Source of the DNA: an uncultured Chloroflexia bacterium
Lineage (GTDB): Bacteria; Chloroflexota; Limnocylindria; Limnocylindrales; CSP1-4
Length of the DNA: 64,000 nt
Assembly: GCA_963713975.1 (NCBI GenBank)
Contig: OY970218.1
Span: 3,232,001-3,296,000 of the forward strand
Direction: 5' to 3'
Part shown: positions 20,714-29,774 of the stretch, piece by piece
Layout of the letters: each line of letters opens with the position of its first letter
Numbering within the stretch: the first letter of the stretch is position 1
The notes under the pieces: model-generated
What the model was told of the DNA's origin: nothing
What the model saw: the letters and a program-made list of their open reading frames with translations, nothing else
The model's database searches: none
Program-made: the position numbers and the translations under genes

Positions 20714-20936
20714 GGTCTGATCCTCCTCGTTGTCTCGGCGGAGGAGTCCGATCGACTCAGCCATGCCGAGGCTGTCCGGGCGCAGGTGCGCCCATAGCCG
20801 CCGGTCCGGGCACGCATGCGGCCAGTGATGGCCGTGAGCCACGCGACTCACCGGAGGATGCGCCACCAAGGGCACCTCAGGATGGGTCCCCCTTCCTGTC
20901 TCGGAGGTCGACTCGGCCCGTTTCCTGCACCCGCCC

Positions 20937-22094
20937 TCAGGCGACGAACGACAGGCCGAGCGTGAAGTCCTCGACCAGGTCGTCGACGTCCTCGCAGCCG
21001 ACCGACACGCGGATCAGGCCGTCCCGCTTCGGCTGTGGGTAGACCAGCGTGAACACGTCGCCCAGGCTGACCCCGATGTCGCACAGGCCGAGGTGGTCCG
21101 TGAACGCGGCCATCCCCTCGACGCCGCCGCGCGGCTGGAACGTGAGCATCGCTCCGAACCTGTCACCCAGCATTCGGCCGGCGACGGCGTGGTCCGGGTG
21201 GGAGGGCAGGCCCGGATAGCGCACCCAGTCGACCTTCGGGTGGGCCTCCAGGAACGACGCCAGGGCCGCCGCGTTCGCGGATCCGGCCACGGAGCGGAGC
21301 GGCAGCGTCCGGACCCCGCGCAGGACCAGGAAGGAGGCGAAGGGGCTGGCCGCCTGGCCAAACGTGTCCACCTGCTTGCGGATCGGGTCCAGCAGCGCCT
21401 TGGGCCCGGAGACCACGCCGCTGACCGCGTCCCCGTGGCCCGACAGGTACTTCGTGGCCGCGTGGAGAACGAGGTCGGCGCCATGCTCCAGGGGCCGGAA
21501 CAGTGCCGGGCCAAGGAAGGTGTTATCGGCGACCACGAGGACGCCATGCCGGTGGGCGAGGGCCGCGACCGCGTCGAGGTCTGCCACCCGCAGGCGTGGG
21601 TTGGTGGATGTCTCCATCAGCAGCAGCCGGGTCTTCGGGGTGAGGGCCGCCTCGACGGACGCGAGGTCGGTCATGTCCGCGGTCGACACGGCGATGTGCC
21701 GGCGCGGCAGGTCCTCCTCCCACAGCACGCGCGTGATGGCGAACAGCTCGTCACCCACCACGATGTGGTCGCCGGCATCGAGGTGTGCGAACAGCGTGGA
21801 CGCCACTGCCGCCATCCCGGACGCGGACACGACGCAGTCCTCGGCGCCCTCGAGCGAGGCGACCTTCTCCTCGAGCGCCCGGTTCGTGGGGTTGCCGGTC
21901 CGCGAGTAGAAGTACGAGGTCGGGTCCCACTCGAGCGCCCGGTCGACCGCGTCCTCCTTTTCCGCTGCCGTATCGAAGGCAAAGGTGGCGGTGGCGTAGA
22001 TCGGCGTGTTGTGCGCGTGGGTGGTGGGATCCGGCCGCTCGCCCGCGTGGATCGCCCGCGTGGCGAAGCCCTTCCCATCGATCCGTTCGCGCAT
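20937..22094 (-). CDS. Cys/Met metabolism PLP-dependent enzyme (divergent)
   Basis: YSRTGNPT, SGMAA, DNTF, ATKYLSGHGD (PLP Lys), VSLGD, IRVSVG. Confidence 0.88.
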   Translation of the reverse strand: MRERIDGKGFATRAIHAGERPDPTTHAHNTPIYATATFAFDTAAEKEDAVDRALEWDPTSYFYSRTGNPTNRALEEKVASLEGAEDCVVSASGMAAVASTLFAHLDAGDHIVVGDELFAITRVLWEEDLPRRHIAVSTADMTDLASVEAALTPKTRLLLMETSTNPRLRVADLDAVAALAHRHGVLVVADNTFLGPALFRPLEHGADLVLHAATKYLSGHGDAVSGVVSGPKALLDPIRKQVDTFGQAASPFASFLVLRGVRTLPLRSVAGSANAAALASFLEAHPKVDWVRYPGLPSHPDHAVAGRMLGDRFGAMLTFQPRGGVEGMAAFTDHLGLCDIGVSLGDVFTLVYPQPKRDGLIRVSVGCEDVDDLVEDFTLGLSFVA

Positions 22095-22212
22095 CAGCTG
22101 CCCTCGTTGGTTGCGTGGTCTCGCCGGATGCGGGTGTACCGGCCCCGGTCAGGCCCAAGTCTAGGGCTGGCTGGGGCTCCACGACGGCGGCCGGGCAACG
22201 TAGGCTTGAGCG

Positions 22213-22962
22213 ATGGACCGATTCGACTGGTGGACCACCCTCGACCCCTCGTCCGCGGCCGCCCTCGCGGAGACCTGGATCCCGGCAGGAGTGCCGGGCT
22301 ACGCCGGCGAGGCGAAGCATCGCTGGCAGGCCGCCCTCGATGACCGGTTCGGCAGCGACGGCTGGCGGCTTGCCCACGTCGTCCGGGGCCGCGTCGTCTC
22401 CTTCGACGTGGCGATCCGGGAGTACGAGGAGGCCTACCGGCGTTTCCTGCGGGAACGGCCCGCCCTCGTGCGGTTCCTGGTCGAGACCTGCGGCAACGTC
22501 TACGACGACCGGGTCGAGAACGTCCTCGACATCGCCTATCACCAGCCGGACACGATCCAGAACCACTACCAGGACATCTCGGTCCGGCGCGTGATCTCGG
22601 AGCTGGTGGACGACCCGGCGTGGCCCGACGTGACCGATACGCCGGCCGGCGAGGCCGACCTGGCGGACCTGGGGACCGGTGTGACCCACCGGGTGCCACG
22701 GGCGCGCGGGTTCCGGGGCGCCGCCCTGCTCCAGATCCGGGAGCCCACCTCGCCGGGCTACGTGCTCAACCCCGCGGTCGTGCCCGTCCACGACCCGGAG
22801 CTCATCACGACCATCCCGGGACGAACCGAGTGGTACCACGCCGAGGGCTGCGGCCACCTGTCCGTGGAGGCCTTCTGGCAGACCAGCAAGGTGGTCGAGG
22901 TCCGCTACGACCGCTTCCTGGCAACGGGCGATGCGCGGTCTGATCCGCTCGCGGGACTGTGA
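22213..22962 (+). CDS. Hypothetical protein
   Basis: 249-aa ORF with normal residue composition, TAGGCT 6 nt upstream, stop overlaps the next gene's start (GTGA). Confidence 0.8.
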   Translation: MDRFDWWTTLDPSSAAALAETWIPAGVPGYAGEAKHRWQAALDDRFGSDGWRLAHVVRGRVVSFDVAIREYEEAYRRFLRERPALVRFLVETCGNVYDDRVENVLDIAYHQPDTIQNHYQDISVRRVISELVDDPAWPDVTDTPAGEADLADLGTGVTHRVPRARGFRGAALLQIREPTSPGYVLNPAVVPVHDPELITTIPGRTEWYHAEGCGHLSVEAFWQTSKVVEVRYDRFLATGDARSDPLAGL

Positions 22963-23918
22963 CGCCGGGCGTGTCGGGCGAGCCGGGCGAGCCGGCCGGG
23001 TCGGGAGCCTCGGACAGTCCGGGCGCCCGGCCCTTGTCGATCCTGCTCGGGGCGGCAAGCCTCGACATCTACCTCGGGAGGAACCTCGTGCTCCCCGGCG
23101 GTGGCGTGCTCAACATGGCCTGGCACCTGCGGGACGAGGCCGAGCCATGGCATCTGGTCACGCGCGTCGGGGATGACCACCCCGACGTCTTCCTCGACTT
23201 CCTGGGCGCCCACGGGATCCGGCACTCCCCCACGATCGTGGGGCGAGGGCCGTCGGCGTCGATCGACATCGTCATCCGGCCCGACCTCCAGCCACACATG
23301 GACAACTTCGTGGAGGGCGTGTGGGCCTCGTTCCGCTGCACTCCCGACGAGGGGGCCCTGCTCGCGCGGGCTCGACGCCTGCACGTGGTCCTGGTGGAGG
23401 GCGCGATCCGGGAACTCGACCGGCTCGCCACGTCCGGCCTGACGACCAACCTCGAGGTCAGTGCCGACTTCCTGGGGTTCCGGCACTACACGGTTGACCG
23501 CTTCGCGACCACGATGCGGGCCGTGGACCTGGGGTTCGTCGGCTGGCCGGGTGAGCTCGATGACCCGATTGTGGCCGGGCTCCGCGCCGTGGCCCACGAC
23601 CTCCGGCGGCTCGTCGTGGTCACGCTGGGCTCACGGGGCGTCCAGGTCTTCGACGGCCGAGCCGGTGGTGAGGACCGGTTCGTGCCGGTCGTGGCGGTTC
23701 CGGTCGCGGGCACGACCGTAGGCTGTGGTGACGCGTTCACCGCCCGGTTCCTGGCCGCATGGGCACTTACGGGCGACGTCCTGGCCGCGGTCGAGGCCGG
23801 CAAGGCGGCGGGTGCCGCCGCCACGACCTGGAGGCGGCCGCTCCCCGACGAGGCATACGGCCAGGATGCGTCCGATGCGCTCCGGGCGGCCGACGCGGCG
23901 GCCGGAAGCCACGCCTGA
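22959..23918 (+). CDS. PfkB-family carbohydrate kinase
   Basis: PGGGVLNMA, RVGDD, VVTLGSRG, TTVGCGDAF. Confidence 0.85.
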   Translation: MTPGVSGEPGEPAGSGASDSPGARPLSILLGAASLDIYLGRNLVLPGGGVLNMAWHLRDEAEPWHLVTRVGDDHPDVFLDFLGAHGIRHSPTIVGRGPSASIDIVIRPDLQPHMDNFVEGVWASFRCTPDEGALLARARRLHVVLVEGAIRELDRLATSGLTTNLEVSADFLGFRHYTVDRFATTMRAVDLGFVGWPGELDDPIVAGLRAVAHDLRRLVVVTLGSRGVQVFDGRAGGEDRFVPVVAVPVAGTTVGCGDAFTARFLAAWALTGDVLAAVEAGKAAGAAATTWRRPLPDEAYGQDASDALRAADAAAGSHA

Positions 23919-23954
23919 CGTGACGGCCCACGAGGCAGGCGGCCTCGCTGCTCC

Positions 23955-24221
23955 CTAGCGGACGAGGAACCCCGCGATCACGCAGACAAACCCGGCGGCG
24001 ATGATGAGCCCGCCGATCTGCGCACGGCGCTTGAGCATCTCCATGGCCACCGACGCCCCGGTCTTCGCATCGGATCTCGGTCCGCCGCGCCACGCCTCAT
24101 AGCGGGCGACGTTCGCGTCCTGTTCCCGGAGCGCCATGTAGCGGCGGTACGGCTCCCGGGCCCGCACGACACCGATGACGATCAGCGCCACACCGGCCGC
24201 CAGCAGCACGAGATTCAGCAT
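23955..24221 (-). CDS. Small two-TM hypothetical membrane protein
   Basis: Hydrophobic N- and C-terminal helices; directly downstream of gatB. Confidence 0.7.
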   Translation of the reverse strand: MLNLVLLAAGVALIVIGVVRAREPYRRYMALREQDANVARYEAWRGGPRSDAKTGASVAMEMLKRRAQIGGLIIAAGFVCVIAGFLVR

Positions 24222-24231
24222 CCCCACGGCG

Positions 24232-25731
24232 TCAGCTCCCTCCGTCGAGGCGTTCACGGACGAGGGTGGTGACCCTGGCGGCGTCGGCGGCGCCGCCGGT
24301 CGCCTTCATCACCCGGCCCACGAAGAAGCCGGTGACGGGCTTGCCGGCCCGATAGTCCGCGATCGCTCCGGGGTTCGCGGCGATGACGGCGTCGATGTGG
24401 CCCAGCAGCGCGTCGTCATCCGAGATTGGGCCCGGCCCGGCGGCCGCGAGCAGCTCATCGGCCGACGTCCCATCCGCGAGGTGGCGGTCCAGCAGCTCCC
24501 GGCCCACGGCTCGCGAGACCTGCCCGGCCGCGATGGCCCGCAGGAGCGCGGCGATGCCGGCCGGCGAGGACGCCCCGGCGGTCCCGTCCGCGTTGAGGCC
24601 GCCGGCCTTGGCCACGCGTGCATGGGTCCCGGTGACGAAGTTCGAGACCTCCTTGGCCGGAACGCCCTTGCCGGCCGCCGTCGAAAGCGCCTCGAACGCC
24701 GTCGTCATCGCCGGGTCGGCGACGATCACCGCGGCGTCGTAGGCAGTGATCCCCATCGCCTCGTAGCGGATCCGGCGCGCCGCCGGCAGCTCCGGCAGCA
24801 CGGCCCGCATCCGGTCGATCCACGCGGGTGCGACGTGGAGCGGCGGCAGGTCTGGCTCCGGGAAGTAGCGGTAGTCCTCCGACGTCTCCTTGGCCCGCAT
24901 CCGGTAGGTCGCCTGGCGGCCGTCGTCCCAGCCGCGGGTCTCCATGACGAGTGGCTCACCGGCATCCAGCGCCCGCGCCTGGCGGTCGATCTCGAACGCG
25001 ATCGCCCGCTCCACGGCGCGGAACGAGTTCATGTTCTTGACCTCGACCCGCGTGCCGAAGGCCTCGGCGCCGCGTGGCCGGAGCGACACGTTCGCCTCGA
25101 CGCGCATCTGGCCGCGCTCCATGTCCGCGTCACTGACCCCGATGGCGCGCAGCAGCTGCTGGAGCTCCTCCGCGTACCGGCGCGCCTGCTCCGCGGTCCG
25201 GATCTCGGGATCGGTCACGATCTCCATCAGCGGCGCGCCGGAGCGGTTGAAGTCGATGAGCGACGCACGCCCTGCGACCGCACCCACTGCATCCGCATGC
25301 ACCAGCTTCGCCGTGTCCTCCTCGAGGTGGGCGCGGGTAATCGGCACGGTGAACGGGCCGTCCGACGTCTCGATCGCGAGGCGCCCGTGGGCGGCGAGCG
25401 GGATGGCGTACTGGCTGATCTGGTAGCCCTTGGGGAGGTCTGGGTAGAAGTAGTTCTTGCGCTCCCACTGGGTCCGCTCGGGGATCGCCGCCTCGATCGC
25501 CAGCCCCGCCTGGATCACGAGCTCCACCGCCCGTCGGTTGATCACCGGGAGCGTCCCGGGCAGCGCGAGGCACACCGGGCAGACCACGCTGTTCGGCGGT
25601 GCATCCGCATACGCGTTCGAACAGCCACAGAACATCTTCGAGGACGTCCGCAGCTGGCAGTGAACCTCGATGCCGATGACGGCCTCGTAGCGCTCCATGA
25701 CCTCGGCCGTGCGATCGGCGGCCGCGGTCAC
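24232..25731 (-). CDS. gatB: Asp/Glu-tRNA amidotransferase subunit B
   Basis: VIGIEVHCQL, RKNYFYPDLPKGYQISQ, HLEED, DYRYFPEPDL. Confidence 0.97.
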   Translation of the reverse strand: MTAAADRTAEVMERYEAVIGIEVHCQLRTSSKMFCGCSNAYADAPPNSVVCPVCLALPGTLPVINRRAVELVIQAGLAIEAAIPERTQWERKNYFYPDLPKGYQISQYAIPLAAHGRLAIETSDGPFTVPITRAHLEEDTAKLVHADAVGAVAGRASLIDFNRSGAPLMEIVTDPEIRTAEQARRYAEELQQLLRAIGVSDADMERGQMRVEANVSLRPRGAEAFGTRVEVKNMNSFRAVERAIAFEIDRQARALDAGEPLVMETRGWDDGRQATYRMRAKETSEDYRYFPEPDLPPLHVAPAWIDRMRAVLPELPAARRIRYEAMGITAYDAAVIVADPAMTTAFEALSTAAGKGVPAKEVSNFVTGTHARVAKAGGLNADGTAGASSPAGIAALLRAIAAGQVSRAVGRELLDRHLADGTSADELLAAAGPGPISDDDALLGHIDAVIAANPGAIADYRAGKPVTGFFVGRVMKATGGAADAARVTTLVRERLDGGS

Positions 25732-25991
25732 GACAGGACCTCGACACCCACGGCCGCGAGGTACATGCCGTACATCGCGACCCCGAGCCAGATCAGCGCC
25801 AGCCCAACGTGGCGGACCGCCAGGCGCACCCGGGCCCGGGCATGGATGGGACGGGTCGAGTCGACCAGCGAGCGCGTCGGATCACCCTCGCGCACCAGGG
25901 GCACCAGCGCGGACCGGGCGGCGGCGTAGCCACGCCAGGAGCCCCAGGCGACGAGGAACAGGCCCGAACAGAGGAGCACGACACCCGTCAT
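25728..25991 (-). CDS. Small two-TM hypothetical membrane protein
   Basis: Two hydrophobic helices; stop overlaps the gatB start. Confidence 0.65.
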   Translation of the reverse strand: MTGVVLLCSGLFLVAWGSWRGYAAARSALVPLVREGDPTRSLVDSTRPIHARARVRLAVRHVGLALIWLGVAMYGMYLAAVGVEVLS

Positions 25992-26077
25992 CGCCGGAGA
26001 GTTTCGCACAGGCTGGCCGCCGGATGACCGGGGCTCCGGCGCGGCGCGGGCCGTCCGTCGGCGGCGGCCCCGCGAGC

Positions 26078-26479
26078 CTATGCGTCCGGGTGCTTGAGCG
26101 CCGCGATCGCCCGCTGGATCGCCTCGTGCAGGCGGGCGCCCGTGGGCTGCCCCTCGAGCGGAACGACGCCATGCGCAGGCTCGTCATCGAAGCCCGCGAT
26201 CCCGACTCCCGGGAACGTGAGCACGATCGGCACGTTGGGATGGACCGCGCGCAGGCCGGCGATGAGCTCTGTCGAGCCGTCCGAGTCGCCACTCGCCCAC
26301 GCGTCGTAGATCAGGACATCCGACTCTGCCGCGAGCGCGCACTCGCCGCCGTTGAGGACCGGGCACGTGTTGGCGGTCGGACCGCTGCACTGCTCCACCT
26401 CGTAGCCATACCGGCGCAGCGACTCGACCTCCTGGTCCGCGAGGTCGATGTCGTGGTGGACGACGAGGGCTTTGGTCAT
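26078..26479 (-). CDS. Atypical receiver-like domain protein with Cys-rich insert
   Basis: GGAGG + ATG; ALVVHHD...GYEVEQCSGPTANTCP...C...DVLIYD...HPNVPIVL. Confidence 0.65.
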   Translation of the reverse strand: MTKALVVHHDIDLADQEVESLRRYGYEVEQCSGPTANTCPVLNGGECALAAESDVLIYDAWASGDSDGSTELIAGLRAVHPNVPIVLTFPGVGIAGFDDEPAHGVVPLEGQPTGARLHEAIQRAIAALKHPDA

Positions 26480-26624
26480 GGCACACCTCCGTGGGCCACT
26501 GCGGCCCGGGTCCGGGGCAGGCCCCCGATCGCCGCAGGTTGCGCGCCATGGTGCCCCTGCGAAAGGGCCCAAGGTCACATGCCGGGCGCGTCTCCCGGCC
26601 GTCCGTCCGGGAGCCGGACAGGCC

Positions 26625-27818
26625 CTAGTAGCGGACGCGCTCCACGAACCGCCCGATCCGATCGATCGCCTCCTGGAGCTGCTCGTAGGAGGTGGCGTAG
26701 CACATGCGCACGTGCCCTTCACCGGACGGCCCGAAGGCGTTGCCGGGCACCACCGCGACCCGCTCCTCGCGCAGCAGGCGCTCGGTGAACTCGTCCGACG
26801 TCAGGCCGGTGGACGAGATGTCCGGGAAGGCGTAGAACGCGCCCCGGGGCTCGAACGTCGGCAGGCCCAGCCGGTTGAGCCCGTCCACCAGCAGGCGCCG
26901 GCGGCGGTCGTACTCGGCCACCATGGCCTCCACCGCGGTCTCACCACCCTGCAGCGCGGCAAGAGCAGCATCCTGGGCCACCGTCGGCGCGGACATGATC
27001 CCGTACTGGTGGACCTTGACGATCCCCTCGAGGATCGGGGCCGGTGCGCACATGTAGCCCACCCGCCAGCCGGTCATCGCGTACGCCTTCGAGAAGCCGC
27101 CCATCAGGATCGTCCGCTCCCACATCCCGGGCAGCGAGCTGAAGGCGCGGTGACGGTACGTGCCGTAGGCGAGGCGGTCGTAGATCTCGTCGCTGTAGAC
27201 AAGGAGGTCGTGCTCGAGCGCGATGCGGGCCAGCTCGTCCTGGACGTCGTCATCGAGGACGGCCCCCGTGGGGTTCGCCGGGTAGCCCAGGAACAGGGCC
27301 TTCGTCTTCGGCGTGATCGCGGCCTCCACGGCGGCCGGATCGAGCGCGAAGTCGTCGTCGAATCGGGTCGCGACCGGCACGACGGTGCCGCCGGCAAACA
27401 TGATCGCCGGCACGTACGCGACGTAGGAGGGCTCGTGGAGGATCACCTCGTCGCCCGGGTCGCAGGTCGCGCGCAGGGCGAGGTCCACGGCCTCGGATGC
27501 GCCGACGGTGACGAGGATCTCGGTCGCCGGGTCGTAGTGCACGCCGTAGCGGTGCGCGAGGTGCTCCGAGAGCGCGCGGCGGAGCTCGATCGTCCCGAAG
27601 TTGGAGGTGTAGTGCGTCCGCCCCTCGCGCAGGCTCTCGACGCCGGCCTCCACGATCTCGCGCGGCGTGTCGAAGTCGGGCTCCCCCACCCCGAGGCTGA
27701 TCACGTCGTCCATGGTCGCCAGGATGTCGAAGAAGCGGCGGATCCCCGACGGGGGGACCGCGAGCACGCGCTGGGCGAGCGCACGTTCGGACAGGGGCGG
27801 GCGGGCAGGGTCGGTCAT
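26625..27818 (-). CDS. Class I/II PLP aminotransferase
   Basis: SLGVGEPDF, PANPTG, SDEIY, FSKAYAMTGWRVG. Confidence 0.93.
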   Translation of the reverse strand: MTDPARPPLSERALAQRVLAVPPSGIRRFFDILATMDDVISLGVGEPDFDTPREIVEAGVESLREGRTHYTSNFGTIELRRALSEHLAHRYGVHYDPATEILVTVGASEAVDLALRATCDPGDEVILHEPSYVAYVPAIMFAGGTVVPVATRFDDDFALDPAAVEAAITPKTKALFLGYPANPTGAVLDDDVQDELARIALEHDLLVYSDEIYDRLAYGTYRHRAFSSLPGMWERTILMGGFSKAYAMTGWRVGYMCAPAPILEGIVKVHQYGIMSAPTVAQDAALAALQGGETAVEAMVAEYDRRRRLLVDGLNRLGLPTFEPRGAFYAFPDISSTGLTSDEFTERLLREERVAVVPGNAFGPSGEGHVRMCYATSYEQLQEAIDRIGRFVERVRY

Positions 27819-27826
27819 GGCGGGCC

Positions 27827-29413
27827 TCAGCGGGTGCCGGCGAGCGCGGCGGCTCGTTCGGCGGGGGTTGGCACGGACGGGTTGATCAGGGCGGCGAGAT
27901 CGCGGGGCTGGGCTGTACGCCAGTCGGCACCGGCCGTCACGCCCTCGTAGGCCCGAGCGGCACGCAGGAGCGCCGCCTCGGACCACGGCGCGCCGATCAA
28001 CTGCAGGCCGACCGGCAGCCCGTCCGACAGCCCGCACGGGACCGAGATCCCGGGCAGGCCCGCGAGGTTCACGGGCAGCGTGCAGGCATCGGCCAGGTAC
28101 ATCTGCACCGGGTCCGCCAGCCGGGCGCCGAGGGGCCAGGCGACGCTGGGTGACGTGGGCGCCACGAGGGCATCGAAGCCCGCCCCCCAGAGCCGGTCGA
28201 AGTCCCGCTTGATCAGCGTCCGGACCTTCTGCGCCTTGAGGTAGAACGCGTCGTAGTACCCGGCCGACAGGGCGTACGTGCCGAGCATGATCCGGCGCTT
28301 GGCCTCGGCCCCGAAGCCCTCGCCGCGTGTCGCGAGGTAGTCCTCGATGTAGTCGTTGCCACCGCGGACGCTGTGGCCATACCGGACGCCGTCGTAGCGG
28401 GCGAGGTTGGACGACGCCTCCGCCGGGGCGACGATGTAGTACGCGGCCAAGGCGTAGTCCGTGTGCGGGAGGCTGACCTCCTCGACCGTCGCACCGGCGG
28501 CTTCGAGGGACTCGACGGCCCCGCGGACGCGGGCCTCGACGCCCGGCTCCATGCCGGCCACGAAGTACTCCAGCGGCAGGCCGAAGCGCTTGCCCCGCAA
28601 CCACGAGGCGGCCTCGTCATCGGACGCCGGCAGGCGCAGCAGGTCGTCGGGAACCGCCACCGGGGCGGACGTGGAATCGCGTTCATCCCGGCCCGCGATC
28701 GCGTGGAGCAGCGCCGCGGCGTCGCGGACGTCCCGCCCGAACGGCCCGACCTGGTCCAGCGAGCTCGCGAAGGCGACGATCCCGTACCGGCTCACCCGTC
28801 CGTAGGTGGGCTTCATGCCCACGATCCCGCACATCGCCGCCGGCTGCCGGATCGATCCGCCAGTGTCGGTGCCGATGGCGAGCGGTGCCTGGCCGGCGGC
28901 CACGGCCGCCGCGGAACCGCCGGAGGAGCCACCGGGAACCCGGGTGAGGTCCCAGGGGTTGGACGTGGGCCCGAAGGCGGAGTGCTCGGTGGACGAGCCC
29001 ATGGCGAACTCGTCCATGTTGGTCTTGCCCAGGATCACCGCCCCGGCATGGCGCAGCCGTTCCGTCACATGGGCATCGAACGGCGCCCGGTAGCCTGCCA
29101 GGATCCGGGAGCCTGCCGTGGCCTGGCCGCCCTCGAGCGACACGAGGTCCTTGAGCCCGAGCGGTATCCCCAGCAGCGGATGGAGCACCGCGACGGCATC
29201 CGTGCCTCCGTCCCGGGCGGCGGCCACGCGGGCGTCAGCCGCCTCGGCCTCCGCGAGGGCCCGGTCGTCGTCCACGGTCAGCCACGCATGCAGACCGCGG
29301 TCCGTGAGGTGGGTTCTGACCAGGTGCGCGAGCGTGATCTCGCGCGAGGTGGTCTCGCCCGCCCGCAGCAGCTCCGCCAGCTCGTGGGCGGTGAGCGTCG
29401 TGAGGTCCGTCAC
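27827..29413 (-). CDS. gatA: Asp/Glu-tRNA amidotransferase subunit A
   Basis: [41 protein letters not shown]. Confidence 0.97.
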   Translation of the reverse strand: MTDLTTLTAHELAELLRAGETTSREITLAHLVRTHLTDRGLHAWLTVDDDRALAEAEAADARVAAARDGGTDAVAVLHPLLGIPLGLKDLVSLEGGQATAGSRILAGYRAPFDAHVTERLRHAGAVILGKTNMDEFAMGSSTEHSAFGPTSNPWDLTRVPGGSSGGSAAAVAAGQAPLAIGTDTGGSIRQPAAMCGIVGMKPTYGRVSRYGIVAFASSLDQVGPFGRDVRDAAALLHAIAGRDERDSTSAPVAVPDDLLRLPASDDEAASWLRGKRFGLPLEYFVAGMEPGVEARVRGAVESLEAAGATVEEVSLPHTDYALAAYYIVAPAEASSNLARYDGVRYGHSVRGGNDYIEDYLATRGEGFGAEAKRRIMLGTYALSAGYYDAFYLKAQKVRTLIKRDFDRLWGAGFDALVAPTSPSVAWPLGARLADPVQMYLADACTLPVNLAGLPGISVPCGLSDGLPVGLQLIGAPWSEAALLRAARAYEGVTAGADWRTAQPRDLAALINPSVPTPAERAAALAGTR

Positions 29414-29419
29414 GACGGC

Positions 29420-29716
29420 TCAGTCCCCGCCCAGGATGGCCGGAACCACGAAGGCGTCGCCCTCGCGTCCGGGGGCATTCGCCAGCACGCTCTCAAGGGG
29501 CAGGGACGGCCGGACCTCGTCGTCGCGCAGGATGTTCTCCAGCTCGATGACCTGCGCCGTGGGCGGGATCGCATCCGTGTCCAGCTCCGCGAGCTTCGCG
29601 AACTGGTCCAGGATGTGGTTGAGCTCCCCCTCCAGCCGGGCAAGCTCCTCGGGTATCAGGCCCAGCCGGGCGAGGTGGGCGACGTGCTCGACGTCGGCGC
29701 GGGTCAGCGAGGCCAT
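29420..29716 (-). CDS. gatC: Asp/Glu-tRNA amidotransferase subunit C
   Basis: VEHVAHLARL...LRDD...LANAP...FVVP. Confidence 0.95.
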   Translation of the reverse strand: MASLTRADVEHVAHLARLGLIPEELARLEGELNHILDQFAKLAELDTDAIPPTAQVIELENILRDDEVRPSLPLESVLANAPGREGDAFVVPAILGGD

Positions 29717-29774
29717 GCGGGGATGATACGCGGCCCGGATCGGCGATCCGGACCGCGTCGTTCACGTGGGCCGA

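Noticed and set aside
12963-20771. Identical 11-mer CCTCGGCATGG upstream of both BMP genes (12963-12973; inverted at 20761-20771)
   Set aside because: A single GC-rich 11-mer in opposite orientations is plausible by chance; not enough to call an operator.
22095-22212. SAM riboswitch upstream of the Cys/Met enzyme
   Set aside because: Region is short, shared with a divergent promoter, and lacks the SAM-I/IV core motifs.
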